Assembly: GCA_963823665.1 (NCBI GenBank)
Contig: CAWGMQ010000008.1
Span: 736,001-800,000, forward strand
Source of the DNA: an uncultured Planctomycetota bacterium
Lineage (GTDB): Bacteria; Planctomycetota; Planctomycetia; Isosphaerales; Isosphaeraceae
Length of the DNA: 64,000 nt
Direction of reading: 5' to 3'
Numbering within the stretch: the stretch's first letter is position 1; every line of letters begins with the position of its first letter. The position numbers and the translations under genes are program-made. Under the pieces are notes generated by a model. It searched no databases and was not told the origin of the DNA. It was given only the letters and a program-made list of their open reading frames with translations. Positions 60,401 to 64,000 of the stretch are shown here, piece after piece.

Positions 60401-63400
60401 CGCCAACGACGGCGTCGAGATCGATGGGGCCGGCAGCGACAACACGATCGGTGGTGCGACTCCGCAGGCACTCAACGTCATCTCAGGAAACGTGCTATAC
60501 GGTGTCCAGATCGCCGGTGAGGGCACGTTCAACAACCTGGTCGAAGGCAATTCGATCGGTCTGAACCAGACCGAAAACTCCACCCTCGATAAAGCGGGAC
60601 GTGGACTCGGCAATTACGCCGGCGTCGAGATCGACTCAGGCGCTGGCTATAACACGATCGGCGGAACATCTGCCGCCACCGCCAACGTCATCTCCGGCAA
60701 CAGAGACGTTGGTGTCTACATTCAAACGGACTCCGCCTTTATCACGGCCTACAACCTGGTCGAAGGAAACCTGATCGGCACCGACTCGACCGGCACTTTC
60801 AGTTTTGAAAACAGTCAAGAGCCGAATGGCGAGCAGGCAAATGGGCTTGTCATTCAGGCCGCGGACGACAACACAATCGGCGGCACGGCGCAAGGCAGCG
60901 GCAACGTCATATCGGGCAACGCAAGCAATGGCATTGATATTTTCAACTCCGCGAACCAAAACACCATCGAAGGAAATGAAATCGGAACCAACGCCGCTGG
61001 CACCTCGGCAATCCCCAACGGCAATGACGGCGTTTACATCGAAGTCAACTCGAGCCTTAACACGATCGGCGGACCGACCGCCGCCGCGAGCAACCTGATC
61101 TCCGGCAATCAGAACGCCGGTGTAGAAATCGACGCCGACCAGAACCTCGTCGAAGGCGACTACATCGGGACCGACACGACCGGATCGAACCCTGTCTCGA
61201 ACGCCGATGGCGTCATCGTCAATTCATCTTCTGACACGATTGGCGGCACGGCCTCAGGCGCCGGAAATCTGATCTCTGGCAACACGAGCAACGGAATTTT
61301 CACCACTTCGGGGGGAACGAATGTCCTGATAGCCGGCAACATGATCGGCACCGATATCACCGGTACGCAATCCGTGCGCAACGGCTACGGCACATCAATC
61401 ACCTCGATCGGCGGTGTGTCGATCGGCGGGACGGGCGCCACCATCGGCGGCACGGTTGCAGCAGCGGGCAACCTGATCTCGGGCAACTACGCCCTCTACG
61501 GACTCAAGCTCGCCAGCACCGGCTCGCTCGTTGTGGGCAACATGATCGGTACCGATGTGACCGGCACATCCGTCCTTGCGAACTACAGCGGTATCTACGT
61601 CGTGTCGGGACCCAATACGATTGGCGGCGCCACGCAGGCGGCGGAAAACCTCATCTCGGGGAACGAGATCGGCATCGAGTTCCAGGGCTCAGCCGCCTCC
61701 GGGAATATCGTCGATGGAAACCTGATCGGCCCAGACTATACCGGCACCGTTTCGCTGGGGAACAACGTCGGAGTCTATCTCGCAGTTGGCGCATCAAACA
61801 ACACGCTTGGCGGCATCGTCACCGGCCAAGGAAATGTGATCTCTGGCAACAACATCGGCGTGGAGCTCAGTCCCGGAACCTCTCAGGCGGTATCGGACAA
61901 TCTGATTGCGGGCAACAAGATCGGCACCGATCCGACCGGCACGCTTCCACTCGGCAACGGCACGGGCGTCGACATTTTCGGGCTCGTCACCGGCAACACG
62001 ATCGGCGGCACCACGGCCGCGGCCGCCAACGTCATCTCGGCCAGCCTGAGCGACGGGATCGATATCGTCGGCTCAGGGGCCACGGGCAACCTCGTCATCG
62101 GCAACATGATCGGCACCGACGTCACCGGCACCACCGCGTTCGACCCGACCGGCACCTATCCGCTGGGAAATACAATCGACGGCGTCTCGATCAGCTCCTC
62201 GGCCCAGGGCAACACCATAGGCGGCACCGCGGCCGGCACCCGCAATATCATTTCCGGCAACCTGAGCGACGGCATCGAGATCTCCGGCAGCGGCACGTCC
62301 GCCAACCTGGTGGCGGGTAATGAGATCGGCACGAATGCGGCCGGCAATGCCGCGATCCTGGCGGCTGCCTTCGTGAACGCCTATGGCAGCGACGGCGTGG
62401 CAACTGACTCGAGCGCCTCCGACAACACGATCGGTGGTACAGCCGCCGGCGCAGGCAACTTGATCTCGGGCGACTACACCGGCGTGGACATAAACTTTGC
62501 CAGTGGCACCGTGGTCGAGGGCAACCTGATCGGCACCGACGTCGCAGGAACCTTCGCGCTGCCCAACTCGATCGGCGTCTGGGTCCACGGCGGTTCGACG
62601 CAGAACACGATCGGCGGCTCGACTTCCGGTGCGGGCAACCTGATCTCGGGAAACACCGGCGGTGGTGTGAGTATCACCGACATCGTGACGGCGAGCAACG
62701 TCATCGCGGGCAACAAGATCGGCACGGACGTTTCCGGTACCCTCGCCCTGCCCAACTCAGGCGATGGTGTGCTGATCAACGACTCGGGCAGCAATACGAT
62801 CGGCGGCTCGACTTCCGGCGCAGGCAACCTGATATCGGGGAACAGCTCCTTTGGCGTTGCGATCGAAGGCCAGAACGCGTATGTGAACGTGGTCGCCGGC
62901 AACCTGATTGGCACCGACGCGTCCGGAACCGTCGCGCTGGGGAACAACGATGGCGTGGGCATTTTGGGAGCAGATTATGGCAACACGATCGGCGGCTCCG
63001 CCGCGGGCTGGGGCAACCTGATCTCGGGGAATACCGAGACTGGAGTCGTGATCAACGGCCAGGACGTCGTGATACAGTCCGTCAAGAATGTTGTCGCGGG
63101 AAACCTGATCGGTACCGACATCACGGGCACGTTTGCAGTCCCCAACGAGACCGGGGTGTTGATCGACGACTCGCCCAACAATACGATCGGCGGTTCGGTC
63201 TCCGGCGATTCCAACCTGATCTCGGGCAACACCGCGTACGGGATCTATCTCGACTTCGGAACGACGGAAACCATTATCGTCGGTAACAAGATCGGCACCG
63301 ACATCGCTGGCACCCTTGCACTGCCCAACTCCACCGGAATATTCGTCTCGGCGGACGACAACACGATCGGCGGCGGAGCCGCCGGCATGGGGAATCTGAT

Positions 63401-64000
63401 CTCGGGTAATACCGCCGACGGCGTCGCCATCAGCGGTGCATCTGGCACCGTCGTCGCCGGGAACCTGATCGGCACCGACGTGACGGGGACCTTTGCGATT
63501 GCCAACTCGATCGGCGTCGAGATCGATACGGGCGCCTCGGGAAACACCATCGGCGGATTGACCGCCGTTCCGGGCGTGGGGCTCGGCAACCTGATCTCGG
63601 GCAACGCTACCGGGATCAACGACAGCGGTGGCGGCGACGACGTGTTCTTGGGCGATTCCATTGGCCCAACTAACGATGGAATCGCCGGCGGCGGGACCGA
63701 CGGTATCGACGTGTCAACCTCGGGCGACACGATCGGCGGAACGATCGCCGGCTCGGCCAACCTCATCAGCGGCAACTCCAGCTACGGCATTCATTTCACC
63801 GGCGCGGCGCGACCGGCAACCTGGTCGAAGGCAACTTCATCGGCACTAACTTGCTGGGCACCATGGCGATTGCCAACTCAGTGGGCGTCGAGATTGACGC
63901 GGGCGCCTCGGGCAACACGATCGGCGGTCTCCACAAGCGTGCCGGGCACCGGCGCGGGCAATGTGATCTCGGGCAACGCGACTGGAGCCATCGACTTTGG
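54465..64000 (+). CDS. Giant right-handed beta-helix repeat surface protein, >3100 aa, 3'-partial
   Basis: AAGAGG before ATG 54465; leader ..RPKRKPFLPDFLPLDQRMMLSTFTVT..SLRSAI; dozens of NTIGG..GNLISGN..GNLIGTD.TG units. Missing from the ORF track because no stop is reached; two compensating indels near 63806 and 63930. Confidence 0.92.
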   Translation, partial: MSTPEGPGAGGPSFRPGKQWKRSLRRRDAAKRPKRKPFLPDFLPLDQRMMLSTFTVTDTSDSASDPNSLRSAITQSNSSGPGPNTIDFDIPTTDSGYNMTTGVWTIDLTSDLPQISVPVLIDGSSQPGYATAPLIDLDGTSAGADATGLSFTNGSDFSTVEALVINNFASTGIDLDGGDSNTIEGCYIGTNSTGTAAESGSMTVGIDVLTAFNTIGGATSTPGTGAGNVISGPSSAGIEIDAFSQTTLVIGNAIGTNASGTAAVPNGTGVLAVDHSGLATIGGTASGTANLISGNSNAGIEITGVFAGADAVEGNLIGTDVTGSLAIPNASGVEIDTGASESTVGGSVAGAGNLISGNLGAGVEISAASYNDIWGNVIGLNLAGNATLGNFYGVRLDSDAANNMIGGRELGFGNTVEQGFANVISGNNVSVNSVGVFIDGAVDNAVPGNFIGTDITGTVAFPNTIGVEIGGGASANTIGGGTVTSNDISLGATSVISGNTDQGVVITDSGTSSNVLADNLIGTDITGTIAIPNGADGVQIASSAVGNTIGGATTASANEISGNTGYGIDSESSSYDNYVANDYLGTGPGGSGNLPNSSAGLFIGGTVTAGGELVGNVVNDGTLGVAGLSSVTIDGDYAQTASGSLDITVAGAFPPHYDQVQVSGTATLDGSINVLFLIGFSINSVDAFDVLSYGAVTGSFSTYGAAASTLFPTYGPTAFLLSATSSVQVVTTTADSGAGSLRQAITGANLAAPAATVIAFDIPTSDSGYDSATGVWTISPASALPDITAQVGLNASTQPGYASSPVIVLDGTSAGSDANGLVLDTGSDGSVLTALAINAFSTGNGILVETTDNTIEASYIGTDATGTVAIANLNGVELDSGSSGNTIGGTLSGAGNLVSGNSQNGILALSSSDNLIEGNLIGTNRSSTGSLANQFEGIKLDTGSSGNTIGGITTTPGTGPGNVISGNDVGAEWGIIIDGSGNLVAGNVIGTDSTGTIAVPNGTAIGVFAPASSNTIGGTAAGAENLISGNASGGIASGAPGLLIAGNFIGTDITGTQSLPNGGAGVSVAGAGTTIGGTTAGAGNLISGNSDGGILLGGGSLVVGNMIGTDITGTIAIGNGLAGVEIYESSDNTIGGTTAAARNLISGNSDYGVEITGIGAAGNFVLGNYIGTDITGSIALGNGIGVGIETAAKDNTIGGDVADEGNLISGNENYGVQIAPNLTQAADNVVAGNLIGTDATGTQPLGNGTGVQILNRSIGNTIGGTTAAAANVISANLNSGIIITDSFGGDNLVAGNLIGTDVTGDLALGNYFYGVEIDDSSDNTIGGTASGALNIISNTQPDPLNDSIGGAGVVMMDFSGDNVVLGNDIGTNLSDSTAMGNAADGVDIESGSMFNTIGGSVSGAGNLIAENVNGVDIDGPGTSGNFVEGNLIGTDSNGDYDLGNDTGVVISDSATDNTIGGVTTAAGTAPGNVITGSNGYGIFIGGSAGDNAVEGNLIGTGQSSSLTLGNNYGGVSFYQAGSGNTIGGDVSGAGNLIGGNAGDGIYDQDDSGNVFEGNVIGLNPTGTSSSDNGNSGDGVELQRVSGDTVGGTVAAARNVISGNSNDGVQLDGSNTTDNVIEGNFIGTDISGTTAVDPRDQTIGNNNDGVEIDSGATGNTVGGTLSGALNLISGNIQVGVEISGSGATGNLVEGDFIGTDVTGTVAIFNPTTLNFGNDGVEIDHSASGNTVGGTTAQARNVISGAGLSDVGIDSSATGNLVEGNYIGIDSSGTFSLEDGQGSDGVEISAPGNTLGGTVSGARNVISGNAGPAVELDGANSTGNLVLGNFIGTDYTGTVASGNVTDGIDIDSAASDNTIGGVASTSGPSSLIGGGAGNLISGNQYGIDDTSAGGNLFEGNVIGLDATGTIAVPNASDGVAIQDVWYDTVGGTASGAANLISGNQSDGVEISGDNNLVAGNFIGTDVSGSTAFDASGDPIGNANDGVEIDGAGSDNTIGGATPQALNVISGNVLYGVQIAGEGTFNNLVEGNSIGLNQTENSTLDKAGRGLGNYAGVEIDSGAGYNTIGGTSAATANVISGNRDVGVYIQTDSAFITAYNLVEGNLIGTDSTGTFSFENSQEPNGEQANGLVIQAADDNTIGGTAQGSGNVISGNASNGIDIFNSANQNTIEGNEIGTNAAGTSAIPNGNDGVYIEVNSSLNTIGGPTAAASNLISGNQNAGVEIDADQNLVEGDYIGTDTTGSNPVSNADGVIVNSSSDTIGGTASGAGNLISGNTSNGIFTTSGGTNVLIAGNMIGTDITGTQSVRNGYGTSITSIGGVSIGGTGATIGGTVAAAGNLISGNYALYGLKLASTGSLVVGNMIGTDVTGTSVLANYSGIYVVSGPNTIGGATQAAENLISGNEIGIEFQGSAASGNIVDGNLIGPDYTGTVSLGNNVGVYLAVGASNNTLGGIVTGQGNVISGNNIGVELSPGTSQAVSDNLIAGNKIGTDPTGTLPLGNGTGVDIFGLVTGNTIGGTTAAAANVISASLSDGIDIVGSGATGNLVIGNMIGTDVTGTTAFDPTGTYPLGNTIDGVSISSSAQGNTIGGTAAGTRNIISGNLSDGIEISGSGTSANLVAGNEIGTNAAGNAAILAAAFVNAYGSDGVATDSSASDNTIGGTAAGAGNLISGDYTGVDINFASGTVVEGNLIGTDVAGTFALPNSIGVWVHGGSTQNTIGGSTSGAGNLISGNTGGGVSITDIVTASNVIAGNKIGTDVSGTLALPNSGDGVLINDSGSNTIGGSTSGAGNLISGNSSFGVAIEGQNAYVNVVAGNLIGTDASGTVALGNNDGVGILGADYGNTIGGSAAGWGNLISGNTETGVVINGQDVVIQSVKNVVAGNLIGTDITGTFAVPNETGVLIDDSPNNTIGGSVSGDSNLISGNTAYGIYLDFGTTETIIVGNKIGTDIAGTLALPNSTGIFVSADDNTIGGGAAGMGNLISGNTADGVAISGASGTVVAGNLIGTDVTGTFAIANSIGVEIDTGASGNTIGGLTAVPGVGLGNLISGNATGINDSGGGDDVFLGDSIGPTNDGIAGGGTDGIDVSTSGDTIGGTIAGSANLISGNSSYGIHFTGAARPATWSKATSSALTCWAPWRLPTQWASRLTRAPRATRSAVSTSVPGTGAGNVISGNATGAIDF

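Noticed and set aside
54752..63775. Many minus-strand ORFs (PPIVL..PEIRLP repeats)
   Set aside because: Antisense shadows of the giant plus-strand repeat gene.

Overview
GC-rich bacterial chromosomal segment, most likely from a planctomycete (inferred from ECF sigma/Ser-Thr kinase pairs, a sigma factor with a long exported C-terminal extension, PEP-CTERM proteins, LEPRxLL-type leaders and a PVC-type haem-c protein). Left to right: Ser/Thr kinase plus membrane protein; NanA/DapA-family lyase; PEP-CTERM protein; VapC toxin-antitoxin pair; three tandem TPR proteins; YtrA-type GntR/ABC operon with a palindromic operator; tRNA-Leu(GAG); ECF+kinase pair; second PEP-CTERM protein; ECF sigma fused to a thioredoxin-type domain; ICMT-family protein; a ~15 kb type IV pilus/T2SS-like locus with several odd parts; cytochrome c-GSDH and WD40 proteins; an AAA_14-DUF4143 ATPase followed by a ~1590-aa SIR2 / degenerate STAND-like / helical-repeat protein (candidate defence system); PL10 pectate lyase; a second ECF+kinase pair; two small LExR-leader proteins; and a >3100-aa beta-helix protein that runs off the right edge and is absent from the ORF track. 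About fifteen small indels split otherwise intact genes, which points to read/assembly errors, so several calls below are manual joins. The best novelty candidates are the SIR2 locus (41.6-47.9 kb) and the pilus/secretion locus with a secretin-LysM fusion, peptidase-less PilD and an embedded LEPRxLL protein. All family assignments are by motif recognition; no database searches were run.
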